Virus record (IMG/VR): IMGVR_UViG_3300029985_000017
Span: 1-64,000 of that record
Length of the DNA stretch: 64,000 bases
Direction: 5' to 3' (one strand)
Source: a virus
Part shown: one piece after another, positions 25,120 through 35,250 of the stretch
Layout: the number at the start of each line of letters is the position of its first letter
How positions within the stretch are numbered: position 1 is the first letter of the stretch
The notes under the pieces: model-generated
The model's input: the letters and a program-made list of their open reading frames with translations, nothing else
What the model was told of the DNA's origin: nothing
Databases searched by the model: none
Program-made: the position numbers and the translations under genes

Positions 25120-25974
25120 TTATTTAAGCAGGTGACTAATACTGTTAACGTTGACTTTGCTGCCCAGATAAAATGCGTTAATTGCATCTCTATCAGATTT
25201 TTTAAGACTAGGATCTGCTGTCTTAGCCTTAAGAATTTCATGGATTTCCTTATCAGAAAGCTTCTTTTCTTCAGTGTGCGCTTCCGATTTTTGGATAACG
25301 TCCAATGAATTGATTGCTTTACCTTGAGGCACTGTCTTTTTAGCAAGTGCCGTCAAGAACTCCTTAATTGCTGCTTTTTCAGCTTTTTCAGCTGCTAATT
25401 CAGACTTAAGAAGTTCCATTTCTGTGTTTTCTGATTTTTCCATTTGCATTCCTTCTGCCTTACTAGCTGGTGATTTAGCACCAGGACCGTCCTTAGGCGC
25501 ACAAGCAGACTCTTCGCCACCACTTTTGTGGCCTGCATCTCCCATGTCCTTAGGCTTTTCGGCCTTTTCCATCTCGGCTGGCTTTTCTTCAGATTTACCC
25601 ATACACTTTTGAATACAACCATGATGAGCAGCTAGTTCACCTTTTGACATTGAGCGATACATTTTTTCCATGTGCTCCATGTCTTCGGCATCGTAGTCAT
25701 GGCCTTGATGCTCTTCGCCTTCTTTGCCATGCTCTTCATGTGATTCTTTACCTTCTTCATGATGCTCTTCAGAACTGTGTTCCTTGGCTTCATGTTTAGG
25801 TTCTTCTTTATGTTCAGGCTTTTCTTCGTGCTCTTTATGCTCTTCTTTATGGTCTTTTTCACCATCTTCAGATTTAGCAAGAGAGCTAGATTCTGACTTA
25901 GCAAGCTGAGAGGTAAACGCTTCTTCTACCTGAGCGATAAGATTTGCGACATCTTTTTCGGTATAACGTTGCAT
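25120..25974 (-). CDS. scaffold/core protein
   Basis: Charged His/Glu-rich protein directly upstream of MCP with nine hydrophobic-x-K(S/A/G)(E/D) motifs. Confidence 0.7.
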   Translation of the reverse strand: MQRYTEKDVANLIAQVEEAFTSQLAKSESSSLAKSEDGEKDHKEEHKEHEEKPEHKEEPKHEAKEHSSEEHHEEGKESHEEHGKEGEEHQGHDYDAEDMEHMEKMYRSMSKGELAAHHGCIQKCMGKSEEKPAEMEKAEKPKDMGDAGHKSGGEESACAPKDGPGAKSPASKAEGMQMEKSENTEMELLKSELAAEKAEKAAIKEFLTALAKKTVPQGKAINSLDVIQKSEAHTEEKKLSDKEIHEILKAKTADPSLKKSDRDAINAFYLGSKVNVNSISHLLK

Positions 25975-26013
25975 AGTTTACTCCTCTTGTTCTTGTTCTC
26001 GTTTCGATTAACC

Positions 26014-26493
26014 TTAGTTTCCTTTTGTAGGCCAGTAAAGTTGATCGATGCTGAGAGCAGGAGCAGCCAAAGAAGCAGCTGCCGATGCTTGAGTAACAGC
26101 AGTTCCATTAGCGATTGGAGCAAGATTGTATTGAACACCAAATGGGAAAAGCTCCCATTTTACGGTATCAAGATCAACTTGAGTAGGAATTGGAGCGCCA
26201 GCGCCATTCAATTCATAAGAAATTGAAGAAGTAGAAGGCGTATAAGCAAGTTCAGGATTTCCGAAGATATCCGTGCTCACCATTGGGACCTGTTGCAAAT
26301 AAATAAGAATTACTGGGCTGCCTTCAGCAAGACTGCCTGCAGCTGACAAGAAAATCAACTGTCCACCGTTAGAATCTTGGGCGTAACTTACAGTGTTAAC
26401 ACCACCAGCTTCAGCATTGTTTTGAAAACGAATAGCAAGCCTATTACCAAGGTCGCGGGCAATACTGGCAATTTTTTGATTTGAGGTAATCAT
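26014..26493 (-). CDS. virion protein heading the capsid operon (decoration candidate)
   Basis: Start moved to ATG 26493 after AAGGAG; AAGCTTTA variant late motif upstream. Confidence 0.65.
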   Translation of the reverse strand: MITSNQKIASIARDLGNRLAIRFQNNAEAGGVNTVSYAQDSNGGQLIFLSAAGSLAEGSPVILIYLQQVPMVSTDIFGNPELAYTPSTSSISYELNGAGAPIPTQVDLDTVKWELFPFGVQYNLAPIANGTAVTQASAAASLAAPALSIDQLYWPTKGN

Positions 26494-26654
26494 GTTTTTT
26501 CTAGCTCCTTTTAAAAGTTCAGCCCTATAGAGGGCACGTAAGCATACGTATCTATTAGTAAAGCTTAATGCTCCCATAGCTAAAATGAATGATATCAAGT
26601 ATTTAGAAGAAAGAAAGCTGTTGACTTTTATTAAAGATATGATATATATAGAAT

Positions 26655-27317
26655 ATGAGACTGATAGCAATTTCTGATACTCATTGTAGAATTCGGAAAG
26701 TAAAAATACCTGATGGTGATCTTCTTGTACATAGTGGAGACCTTACTTTTAGAGGCGATATTCAAGAAATCTCTCAAGAATTAAGAGCATTAGGCGCTGT
26801 AGCCAAGAAATTTAAGCATGGCTGCATCTTTATAAGCGGTAATCACGATTGGCTTGGAGAACGTAATCCTAGTTTAATGAAACAAATGGCTATAGATGAG
26901 GGTTTAATTTATTTAGACCATTCTTCTATTCAAATAGAAGGCATCAACATATTCGGCTCTGCTTATACACCAGAATTCTGCAATTGGGCTTATAATGTTC
27001 CTAGAGGACCTGCATTAGCTCAAAAGTGGGCTCAAATCCCTGACGACACTAATATTCTTGTCACCCACGGACCTCCAATGGAAATTATGGATATAGTCAA
27101 TCGGTATGATCCCTTTAATGGCTGGAGTATAGAACATGTTGGATGTGAAGATTTATCCAATAGAATTAAAGAACTAAAAGATCTTAAACTCCATTTATTC
27201 GGCCACATACACGGCTCATACGGCCAAATTAAAATTGGGGATATTACTTATATCAATGCTTCTATATGTACTGAAGAATACAAGCCTTTTAATGCTCCAA
27301 TCTCTTTTGAGTTATAG
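26655..27317 (+). CDS. calcineurin-like metallophosphoesterase (MPPED-like)
   Basis: SDTH, GD, GNHD, THGPP, GHIH. Confidence 0.92.
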   Translation: MRLIAISDTHCRIRKVKIPDGDLLVHSGDLTFRGDIQEISQELRALGAVAKKFKHGCIFISGNHDWLGERNPSLMKQMAIDEGLIYLDHSSIQIEGINIFGSAYTPEFCNWAYNVPRGPALAQKWAQIPDDTNILVTHGPPMEIMDIVNRYDPFNGWSIEHVGCEDLSNRIKELKDLKLHLFGHIHGSYGQIKIGDITYINASICTEEYKPFNAPISFEL

Positions 27318-27325
27318 CTCGTACT

Positions 27326-27333
27326 AATCTTTA
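27326..27333 (+). promoter_or_regulatory. late promoter motif AATCTTTA
   Basis: Recurrent motif. Confidence 0.7.
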
Positions 27334-27384
27334 TCGTAGATATCTACTGGAATAATTACCCAGTCAAAAATTTAGGAGAACTCC

Positions 27385-29226
27385 ATGGCTTTATCCCAAA
27401 ACACCGTTCTATATCTTCAAGACGCTCTTACTGACGTAGCTGCTGGTAATGAATTGGCAAATGCAATCAACAATCGTTTGGTCCTTTCTACCAACACTTT
27501 CAATAGGTTAGTAGCAGCTCTTACAAACCCTGCTGCAGCAGCTGATTTTCAAGCTGCTATGTTGGGCCAATACATCCTTACCCCTACCGATATTCAATTT
27601 CTCATAAGTGGATTTGATTGCACAAGAAATCCTGATATGCTGGCAGATATTTTAGCTAACATGCCTGTATCACCTAATACTTTTCCATTGCCTCCACGAA
27701 ATGTGACGATGCCCGCTGGTTTTACCATCTCACCTTCTTATGTAGGACCTTCTCAGCAACTTCTCGCAGCTCTTACTCTTCCAGCTGGCAGCACCTTTCC
27801 AAATTTCGGTCCCGGCGCTTACTTTATTGTTTCTACTGCTGGAAATACTAATCAGTATGATGTTTGGTATAATGTGACTGGCGGTACTAACACTAATCCA
27901 GCTCCTATCGGATTTACCGGCATCGAAGTTACTATTGGTGCAAGCGATTCGGCAGCTACTGTTGCAACTAAAACCAATACAGCTTTGGCAGCTCTTGCAG
28001 CAGCCAGCACTTCTGTAACTGGCGCAGTAGTTACTATTGCTCCTACCACCGTTCCTTCTGCAGCAGTTGCCATTCCTACGTTTACTCCTTCTGCTGGAAC
28101 GTATGGGAGCACTCAAACGGTAGCCATTAGCTCTGTTACTCCTGGAACTAGCATCTATTACACCACCGATGGATCTACCCCTTCTACTTCAAGCACAGCC
28201 TATTCAACGCCAATTACTGTTAGCGCTAGCCAACAAGTTAAAGCTATTGCCGTTAAAACTGGTTTTGCTAACTCTACTATTGGAACCGCTGCTTTTATTA
28301 TCGGCGGCTCTACGGTTGCAACTCCTACTTTCTCCCCAGTTGCTGGAACTTACTCTGGAACCCAATCGGTTACGGTTAGTTCTTTGACTGCTGGCGCAGC
28401 TTTTTATTACACATTGAATGGATCAACTCCTACTACGGGAAGTACTCTTTATACTGGCCCAATCTCTGTAAATCAAAGTGAAACAGTTAAAGTTTTGGCA
28501 ACCCATGCAGGTCTTACCAATTCTACAGTAGCTTCTGCAGCTTATACTATTACGGCTATCGGCCCAGCTCTCCCAAGTTTGGGTGCAGCAGCTACGTACA
28601 GGATTCTGTCTGAAGCTGGTATTAGTACTACGGCTGGAACGGCTATTACAGGAAATATTGCTGTAAGCCCTATAGCTCATACGGCGATTACTGGATTTAC
28701 GTATACGCCAAATCTATCAGCAACTTTTGGTACAGCTACTCAAGTATCTGGAGGAGTATATACCCCAGACAATCTATCGCCTACTCCAGCAAATTTGACC
28801 ACTGCAGTTGCGAACATGGGAACGGCATATACTAATGCTCAGGGACTTACGTCTCCTACCCAGCTAAATCCTGGATCAGGAGCTTTGGGTGGCCTTACAC
28901 TTACTGGCGGTCTTTATAAGCTAACAGTACCGACCTCTATCGCTGGAACACTCACCTTAAGCGGTGGACCTAGCGATACTTGGGTATTCCAAATGTCATC
29001 CACGTTCACTATGGCGACATCTGCACAGATCGTTATGAGCGGTGGAGCTTTGGCATCAAATGTTTACTGGGTTGCTGCTGGAGCCATTACCTTGGGAGTT
29101 TCCTCTAGCTTCAGTGGTATCGCTCTTAGTGCCACTAGCATTGCGGTTCAAACGTCTGCAACGGTACACGGTCAACTTTTTGCTCAGACAGCTGTTACCC
29201 TTGACGATAACGCAATCGGTAACTAA
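27385..29226 (+). CDS. late protein with two Fn3-associated/CHB_HEX_C-like domains and a C-terminal DUF3494 ice-binding domain
   Basis: ATPTFSP.AGTY...YYT.DGSTP x2; LG.AA.Y.IL...GI...GNI.VSP, TWVFQ, NVYW, GQLFAQTAVTLD. Confidence 0.88.
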   Translation: MALSQNTVLYLQDALTDVAAGNELANAINNRLVLSTNTFNRLVAALTNPAAAADFQAAMLGQYILTPTDIQFLISGFDCTRNPDMLADILANMPVSPNTFPLPPRNVTMPAGFTISPSYVGPSQQLLAALTLPAGSTFPNFGPGAYFIVSTAGNTNQYDVWYNVTGGTNTNPAPIGFTGIEVTIGASDSAATVATKTNTALAALAAASTSVTGAVVTIAPTTVPSAAVAIPTFTPSAGTYGSTQTVAISSVTPGTSIYYTTDGSTPSTSSTAYSTPITVSASQQVKAIAVKTGFANSTIGTAAFIIGGSTVATPTFSPVAGTYSGTQSVTVSSLTAGAAFYYTLNGSTPTTGSTLYTGPISVNQSETVKVLATHAGLTNSTVASAAYTITAIGPALPSLGAAATYRILSEAGISTTAGTAITGNIAVSPIAHTAITGFTYTPNLSATFGTATQVSGGVYTPDNLSPTPANLTTAVANMGTAYTNAQGLTSPTQLNPGSGALGGLTLTGGLYKLTVPTSIAGTLTLSGGPSDTWVFQMSSTFTMATSAQIVMSGGALASNVYWVAAGAITLGVSSSFSGIALSATSIAVQTSATVHGQLFAQTAVTLDDNAIGN

Positions 29227-29245
29227 TTCTTATTTGTCCTAATTT

Positions 29246-29284
29246 AAGGGCCTCCAACTTTATAGTTGGGGGCCTTTTTCTTTT
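29246..29284 (+). terminator. rho-independent terminator
   Basis: GGCCTCCAACT/AGTTGGGGGCC plus T-run. Confidence 0.85.
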
Positions 29285-29291
29285 AGTTAGC

Positions 29292-29987
29292 TTATAGTTT
29301 AGATACGATTTCTTGTAGTTGACTATATAATTGTTCTTTTGTTCCCTTATTTTCCAAAGTATAGTCGAATCTATGATCGTTTAAGTCATTCTCGCTTGGA
29401 TCAGAAGAAGGAGATGAATCAAAACGATTAACTCTAATTGTAATTAAACTTTCTCCAAAAGCTTCTTTAAATTGAGATACTTCCGATTTATAACGTAGGT
29501 CTGTAACAACTATATTTTGACCATGCTTAAGCCTATGAGTTATTTCTTCAAAAGCTTTAGAAGTCCAGTAATTAGATTGAACAGACCTATTTACAGATCC
29601 CTTTAGGATAGCCAAGGCGCGAGGGGTCCAATAAACCAATCGATGCGATTCCACAACAGTATTAGCGCCTATGATTCCGAGGAAATTGCCTTCGCGATAC
29701 ACAAATCCATCTGGCTGTAGTCCACGGCTTGTTCTAAATTCTTTAACCATGAATTCGCACAAATTGCGCGAGAAACCATCTTGGGGCTTCACTGGCATCG
29801 TAAGTATTGGAGCTTCCTTACGATTAGGATCATCTAAAGATCCACGATCTATACCATATTCTTTAGCTACCGCATCTTTCAAAGGATCTGCGAGGGCCAC
29901 TCTAAAAAAACCATAGCTTTCAATTAGATATTCTGCACAGCTATCTTTACCAGAGCGCTTCCATCCAGAAAAAGCAATTACTTTCAT
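29292..29987 (-). CDS. deoxynucleoside monophosphate kinase
   Basis: SGWKRSGKD P-loop, ADPLK, VTDLRY..E, N.GT...L. Confidence 0.88.
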   Translation of the reverse strand: MKVIAFSGWKRSGKDSCAEYLIESYGFFRVALADPLKDAVAKEYGIDRGSLDDPNRKEAPILTMPVKPQDGFSRNLCEFMVKEFRTSRGLQPDGFVYREGNFLGIIGANTVVESHRLVYWTPRALAILKGSVNRSVQSNYWTSKAFEEITHRLKHGQNIVVTDLRYKSEVSQFKEAFGESLITIRVNRFDSSPSSDPSENDLNDHRFDYTLENKGTKEQLYSQLQEIVSKL

Positions 29988-30028
29988 ATAGTTACCTATG
30001 TAGTTGTTTTTAAAATCGATTTAAGACC

Positions 30029-30036
30029 AATCTTTA
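30029..30036 (+). promoter_or_regulatory. late promoter motif AATCTTTA
   Basis: Recurrent motif. Confidence 0.7.
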
Positions 30037-30090
30037 CCTTAAAGCATACCCTTATTTTGGGTGCTTGTCAAGTTAATTTAGGGGTAAACA

Positions 30091-30525
30091 ATGCCTAACA
30101 GACTATCAGCTAGACCAATAGTAAATTTCCAAAATATCAATAGCTTTAAGTATGCGAATCAATGGAGCATTTCTTCTGGAAATACAACAACCTTATATTT
30201 TCAGATGGTTGATCCAGATCAGTGTGAACTACGCTATATAATGGGGATTGGAAGTTCTAATCAACCGGATGCAGTACGTGTAACTTTTCCATCCATTGAT
30301 AACGCACAAGTATTAAGTTTATTTGCTACGCAAGATCCAAATGATGGATCTATTTGGTCTATAAATATTCCCTTTACTAATACGCCATGTGGTGGGAATG
30401 TACTGTTTCAAGTTTATGAAGGTAATAATATTAAGACTTTCACTGTATTACAAATGATTGTGGTTGGAACCCCTGAAAGCAATGGTGGAGATCAAGGTCT
30501 GCCAGATAATACATTTTTCTTTTAA
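30091..30525 (+). CDS. virion structural protein
   Basis: Beta-rich; first gene of a late operon. Confidence 0.65.
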   Translation: MPNRLSARPIVNFQNINSFKYANQWSISSGNTTTLYFQMVDPDQCELRYIMGIGSSNQPDAVRVTFPSIDNAQVLSLFATQDPNDGSIWSINIPFTNTPCGGNVLFQVYEGNNIKTFTVLQMIVVGTPESNGGDQGLPDNTFFF

Positions 30526-30541
30526 GAATTAGGAGTCAATC

Positions 30542-31393
30542 TTGGCTGATTATACCCAATCTCGAAGTTTTAAAACTGCCACTTATCCGGTCCATGCCAT
30601 CCAAACTTCTGGATTGCTTAGACGTGTGGAACCATTTCTTACTCCGGAATTATTTCATAGTAGATATCTAAAAGGTATTCCAATTATATTTCCTGAGCAA
30701 CGATTCACACCGGACGAACTCAAAGACCGTATCATGATGGCAATGAATGAAACTGAAGCTCAAATCGGAACTACAGTTACGAGAGAAGAATTTGTAGACA
30801 AACTTCCATTTGATTGGTCACTTTATAAAAGTTTTATTCATATTAAACCAAGGCATTCTCCTATTCTAAGTTTAGAAAGCTTGGCTATTGTTGCTTCAAA
30901 TGATGAGATTATTTTTCAAGTCCCAAGTGTTTGGTGTGATATGGCCAACGCATCTATTGGACAGATTAATGTTATACCACTTCTTGCAGCTTTTGGTGCA
31001 ACTAATGCAAGTGGAACTCCTATAACTGCACTTAACCAAGGTGCTGGCATTGCCTTTCTAGCGATTTGGGGTGCCTCTGGCGCTACTACACAAGTACCAA
31101 GTTATTGGCAAGTGACCTATTCAAGTGGACTTTCCAATACAGAAGGACAAGTTCCAGTTATAGTAAACCAACTTATTGGAACTAATGCCGCTATTAATAT
31201 TATTTCTCAAATTGCTCAAATGTTTTTGTATACCTCTCAAGCTCAAAGTCAAGATGGATTATCTCAGTCTTCTTCTCTTCTTGGCCCTCGTTCTTTTCAA
31301 CTTCGTTTAGAAGAACTAATTAAAAATCGTGATGAATTAATAGCTAAAATTAAAGGTATATTTGCCAAGAAATATGTAATTGGGGAGTACTAA
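30542..31393 (+). CDS. head-tail adaptor/neck protein
   Basis: TTG start after AGGAG; V.Y.SG..., SQS.DGLSQS motif typical of myovirus neck proteins. Confidence 0.65.
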   Translation: MADYTQSRSFKTATYPVHAIQTSGLLRRVEPFLTPELFHSRYLKGIPIIFPEQRFTPDELKDRIMMAMNETEAQIGTTVTREEFVDKLPFDWSLYKSFIHIKPRHSPILSLESLAIVASNDEIIFQVPSVWCDMANASIGQINVIPLLAAFGATNASGTPITALNQGAGIAFLAIWGASGATTQVPSYWQVTYSSGLSNTEGQVPVIVNQLIGTNAAINIISQIAQMFLYTSQAQSQDGLSQSSSLLGPRSFQLRLEELIKNRDELIAKIKGIFAKKYVIGEY

Positions 31394-33021
31394 TGTCTCT
31401 TCGTAAAAGTCTTTTAGCAGCTTTAAGATACGATTCTCTTCAGAAGGCCGAAAAAGCTAAATTAGGAGAAGGTGTACACGATATATACAAAGAGCGTGCA
31501 GCTAAAGGTGGAGATATTCTCTGGTATGCCACTGTAAAGGGACAAAAAGAGTTAACACCCGGAATACCCTTACATATGTCTTTAAAAGTATTTGAAGATA
31601 AAAAAGACATGGATTTAGATAAAATTAAAGAAAAAATAAAAAAATTCGATATAAAAACTCCTAAACCAGAAAAATTGAATTTTAAAACAACTATTTTTAC
31701 ATCTGAACGAGATGGCAAAAAATATTATATGTTGTTAATTAGTGGAACAGATAAAACTTATTCTGATTTTTACGAAGCATTTAAACATACTGGAACTGTT
31801 TATAAAAAGTTTATGCCTCATATCACTATTGACAAAGGATTATACGATAAAATTAATAAAGAAGGTTTAAAACCAGAAGAAATTACTTTTAGTGATCTCA
31901 GTATTGAAGCAGGAGCAGGAAACACCATTCATTCTTTTGAAAAATCTGAAGGTTTAAATAAATCTGAAAATGCTTCTATTCCTACAGCGCATATTCCAGT
32001 TCACCATAATGAATTTCACCAGCATTTAGGAAATGCCATCACAAATAACTCTAAAGTTAAAGAGTTTGTCCATCATTATCAACCCCATGAATATTCTAAA
32101 ATGAAAACTTTTTTACATCCTGATAAAAAAAGCGGATTTGCAGTTAAACCAGATGGAGATATAGTTAGTGTATTCAGTACCGAAAAGGGTCGGGGAGATC
32201 AAATTGTACAGCATGCAGTTAAAGCGGGTGGCAATAAATTAGATGCTTTTGATGGCTATTTACCTAAACTGTATGCTAAACATGGATTTAAAGAAACACA
32301 CAGAGAAAAGAATTGGACTCCTGGTGGTCCTGATGTAGTTTATATGAAATTGCACCACAATGATATTAAAAAATCTGAAGAAAGTTCTATTATTAAAAAT
32401 AAATATAATGAAAAATTGAATAAATCAGAAAAACAAATTAATCCCGGTGATTATGGTAATGTAAAACCTCATATTGGTCATAAAGAAATGAAAAATATGG
32501 GTAGAAACTATAAAACTCTAGATTTCCATCCAAAACAAAGCATCCTTCATAGAAAACATTCAGAAGCGGCTAAAACAAAAGGTGATCATAATTTATCAGA
32601 AAAACATGCCAAAATGGCTCAAATGCACGATCATTATGACACAGCCAATCATTTTGGACCACATTCAACAGAACATTATAATGATAGAAGAAATGCTTTA
32701 AAAGAACATACAGATAAAGCCAAAAAACTTCATATAGAATTGAGTAAATCTGAATTTTTTCAGAAATCTGAAGCTCTTTTTTCTATTATCGTCAAAGAAA
32801 CTATCTCTTTAAATCCAGATTTATTTGAGCACAAAAAAGCACTTAGACTTAATGGTGAAGATTTTACACATTATCTTCAAGACAATCCTGATCTTAAAGA
32901 AATAGCTTTAAAAAAGCATGAAGATCGCGCTAAACATCATTTTGGAGATGATCTTATTTTAATCAATGTAGCTTTGAAAAAAGGTATTCAAGAAGCATAT
33001 AAGGCAAAAAGAGGAAAATAA
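31393..33021 (+). CDS. modular internal head protein: 2H phosphoesterase, GNAT and His-rich module
   Basis: HMS (H61) and HIT (H143); IVSVFS..KGRG...LDAFDGYLPKLY..HGF; separated by K-SE motifs. Confidence 0.75.
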   Translation: MSLRKSLLAALRYDSLQKAEKAKLGEGVHDIYKERAAKGGDILWYATVKGQKELTPGIPLHMSLKVFEDKKDMDLDKIKEKIKKFDIKTPKPEKLNFKTTIFTSERDGKKYYMLLISGTDKTYSDFYEAFKHTGTVYKKFMPHITIDKGLYDKINKEGLKPEEITFSDLSIEAGAGNTIHSFEKSEGLNKSENASIPTAHIPVHHNEFHQHLGNAITNNSKVKEFVHHYQPHEYSKMKTFLHPDKKSGFAVKPDGDIVSVFSTEKGRGDQIVQHAVKAGGNKLDAFDGYLPKLYAKHGFKETHREKNWTPGGPDVVYMKLHHNDIKKSEESSIIKNKYNEKLNKSEKQINPGDYGNVKPHIGHKEMKNMGRNYKTLDFHPKQSILHRKHSEAAKTKGDHNLSEKHAKMAQMHDHYDTANHFGPHSTEHYNDRRNALKEHTDKAKKLHIELSKSEFFQKSEALFSIIVKETISLNPDLFEHKKALRLNGEDFTHYLQDNPDLKEIALKKHEDRAKHHFGDDLILINVALKKGIQEAYKAKRGK

Positions 33022-33022
33022 T

Positions 33023-33505
33023 ATGAATTTACAGCCAGACGATATTGATCAAATCGAAGATGCCGGTATCCTTGATGGAAGACCAGTCAAACTCGCAAGA
33101 ACAAAAGGCGGATTCTGGATGGGCATCTGCAATGGTAAAGTTCTATCAGGTGGCTCTCATCCAGCTATTGTAAAACATACAATTTCTAAAATGCATCCAA
33201 ACTTTCAACCTGTAATGTGTAAATCTGAAGCGTTCTCAGATGCCATTGTAGAAAGACATTCTCATTTTCTTTCAGATGACTTGCGCAAATCTGGGCACGA
33301 TATTTATTCTATTCAAAATGCTCAAGATATTGAATTTCAGATCACTAAAAATAATCTAAAAATATCCTCTGTTTTTGGTGTTATTCAAGACGAGTCTTTA
33401 ATTATTAAAGAAATTAACTTTCCGAAACAATTCTCCAGAGCTATGGCTGGAGCAACCACTGAAAAAGCTTTAAGCTGTAACAGTAAGAGTATTAAGGTCA
33501 AATAA
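33023..33505 (+). CDS. probable internal head protein
   Basis: Late operon; MCKSE and LRKSG motifs. Confidence 0.6.
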   Translation: MNLQPDDIDQIEDAGILDGRPVKLARTKGGFWMGICNGKVLSGGSHPAIVKHTISKMHPNFQPVMCKSEAFSDAIVERHSHFLSDDLRKSGHDIYSIQNAQDIEFQITKNNLKISSVFGVIQDESLIIKEINFPKQFSRAMAGATTEKALSCNSKSIKVK

Positions 33506-33506
33506 T

Positions 33507-33698
33507 ATGAGTGCAGAATCAACAAATAAAAAAGTCATTGATGTTAAAATCTTCAAAAAAAACAAGAAGATAAAAAAAGATGAAGCGGTAGATGATATAA
33601 TAAATAAGTTGGTTCTATTGCATAAATCCGCTGATGATGGATTGAAAGAATTGGCTCAAATGTGTTGCTGCGAGGATAAAGACGAAGATGGCAGATAA
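33507..33698 (+). CDS. hypothetical protein
   Basis: Fills the operon gap. Confidence 0.55.
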   Translation: MSAESTNKKVIDVKIFKKNKKIKKDEAVDDIINKLVLLHKSADDGLKELAQMCCCEDKDEDGR

Positions 33699-34713
33699 AA
33701 AACCGGAAGGCTCACAGCTTCCTACTATCATACCTTTTGCACCTTACGTTCAAGAATCTTTTGATTTGAATCGTTCGGATGCCTTTGTTAAAAGCCTTGG
33801 CACGGAATTTGTACATTGGAAAGCCACTCCCAGCCCAATTGGACTAAATGATCGTGGGGACTACCGTAGAAATAATGAAGTTGATGTAATCACCTCAAAT
33901 GGCTATGTTTATAGCCTCGGCGGTAAACTCACAGGCACAATGACAAATAATCAAAAAGATCAGGTTAGGCCTTCTGAGGGCGCTTTAATTGACGCCTCGA
34001 CTGCCTACTTGGTTCTGCCTAGATTTTATGATGATGCTTCTGACGCCCCATTCAATGGAAATGGATCATCTGGAAGTGGTAATTGCAATGATTGCTCAAG
34101 TGAAACAAATAAGATGGGTGGCTGCGAAGACGACGCGGGAGCTTTATCCAAAAAAAGAATCTATTTGACTCCAGGCGACAGGCTCTATCATGGCGATAAG
34201 CAAGCTAATGATCTTGTTGTCAATAAAGAATTAATGACCTTTTCTTATGATAGCGCTAATGTTCCAATGTATCCGATAGTTCAAATGGACGCACCTTTGA
34301 TTGATTCCAGGGGCATTAGATATACTCAAGGAACTGATTACAATATAGATTGTAGTGGGAATATACTTTGGACTCTTGGAGCAGCTAACCCCGGCATAGA
34401 TCCCAATACTGGCGAGGGTAGAACTTATAGTATCAGGTATCTATATCGTGCTTTTTATTATGTAAGTCGCATACTTAGAGAAGTTAGAATCACCGATGTT
34501 ACGGTTGGCAATGTAAGAAAATCTGAAAGAATGCCATATTATGTGGAGGTAGTCCGAGAATATTTATTCCATAATATTAATAAAGGCGATTTGACCAATC
34601 CTCCAGCTTCTCCTGCAGTAGCTAATAGACAAACAGTACAACCCACAGAAACTATTGAAATAAATCAGGGTATAGTTCGCGTGGAAACTACGGATATTTT
34701 AAACGATAATTAA
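33688..34713 (+). CDS. neck/head-closure-like protein
   Basis: Late operon; Y..G.DY...G.I.W...YSIRY pattern. Confidence 0.55.
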   Translation: MADKKPEGSQLPTIIPFAPYVQESFDLNRSDAFVKSLGTEFVHWKATPSPIGLNDRGDYRRNNEVDVITSNGYVYSLGGKLTGTMTNNQKDQVRPSEGALIDASTAYLVLPRFYDDASDAPFNGNGSSGSGNCNDCSSETNKMGGCEDDAGALSKKRIYLTPGDRLYHGDKQANDLVVNKELMTFSYDSANVPMYPIVQMDAPLIDSRGIRYTQGTDYNIDCSGNILWTLGAANPGIDPNTGEGRTYSIRYLYRAFYYVSRILREVRITDVTVGNVRKSERMPYYVEVVREYLFHNINKGDLTNPPASPAVANRQTVQPTETIEINQGIVRVETTDILNDN

Positions 34714-34720
34714 GACGAGT

Positions 34721-34728
34721 AATCTTTA
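34721..34728 (+). promoter_or_regulatory. late promoter motif AATCTTTA
   Basis: Recurrent motif. Confidence 0.7.
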
Positions 34729-34755
34729 AGAAAAGATAAGGAAAAACGGTGACTT

Positions 34756-35247
34756 ATGGCTAATCCAAGCAATCCAATCATGAAACGTAACTTCCCTGGC
34801 AATAAAACCCAGGATCCAGGCGCGATTGATATGCTTCAATATAATAATGCTGCCGGAGCACGCAAATCCATGAACATGGGTCAGCATTTGTTGCCTCTCG
34901 CGGTTCCAGGAGTTGGAAACGGATATACCACCAATGCTTCTTCGGCTCCATACGCTCTTCCAGGTGCTGGTAAATCTGTTGCTGTATATAACAACTCCGG
35001 CTCTATGGGGGCTATCGTTCTTGGAACAAGCAGTTCAATTACCGCTTTGTCTGCAGGGGCTACAGATTCAAATGGAAATGTTGGCCTTCCATGCCCACCT
35101 AATTCTTGGACTACCTTTGCCTCTGGTTATGCTAATTGGATAATTACTAGTGCCTCTACCCTTCTTGTATTTTTAGTAAATGATGAAACTAGTATCACTC
35201 CAGTAGCTAATCCATTAGTTAGTAACCCTAATTTTCCTAATTTGTAA
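34756..35247 (+). CDS. virion structural protein
   Basis: Beta-rich, own late motif. Confidence 0.65.
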   Translation: MANPSNPIMKRNFPGNKTQDPGAIDMLQYNNAAGARKSMNMGQHLLPLAVPGVGNGYTTNASSAPYALPGAGKSVAVYNNSGSMGAIVLGTSSSITALSAGATDSNGNVGLPCPPNSWTTFASGYANWIITSASTLLVFLVNDETSITPVANPLVSNPNFPNL

Positions 35248-35250
35248 TAT

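Noticed and set aside
26494-26670. Long N-terminal extensions in the ORF track (also 19301-19345, 56090-56212, 5314-5397, 36126-36176)
   Set aside because: They run through promoters, hairpins, the tRNA or neighbouring genes; better starts lie downstream.
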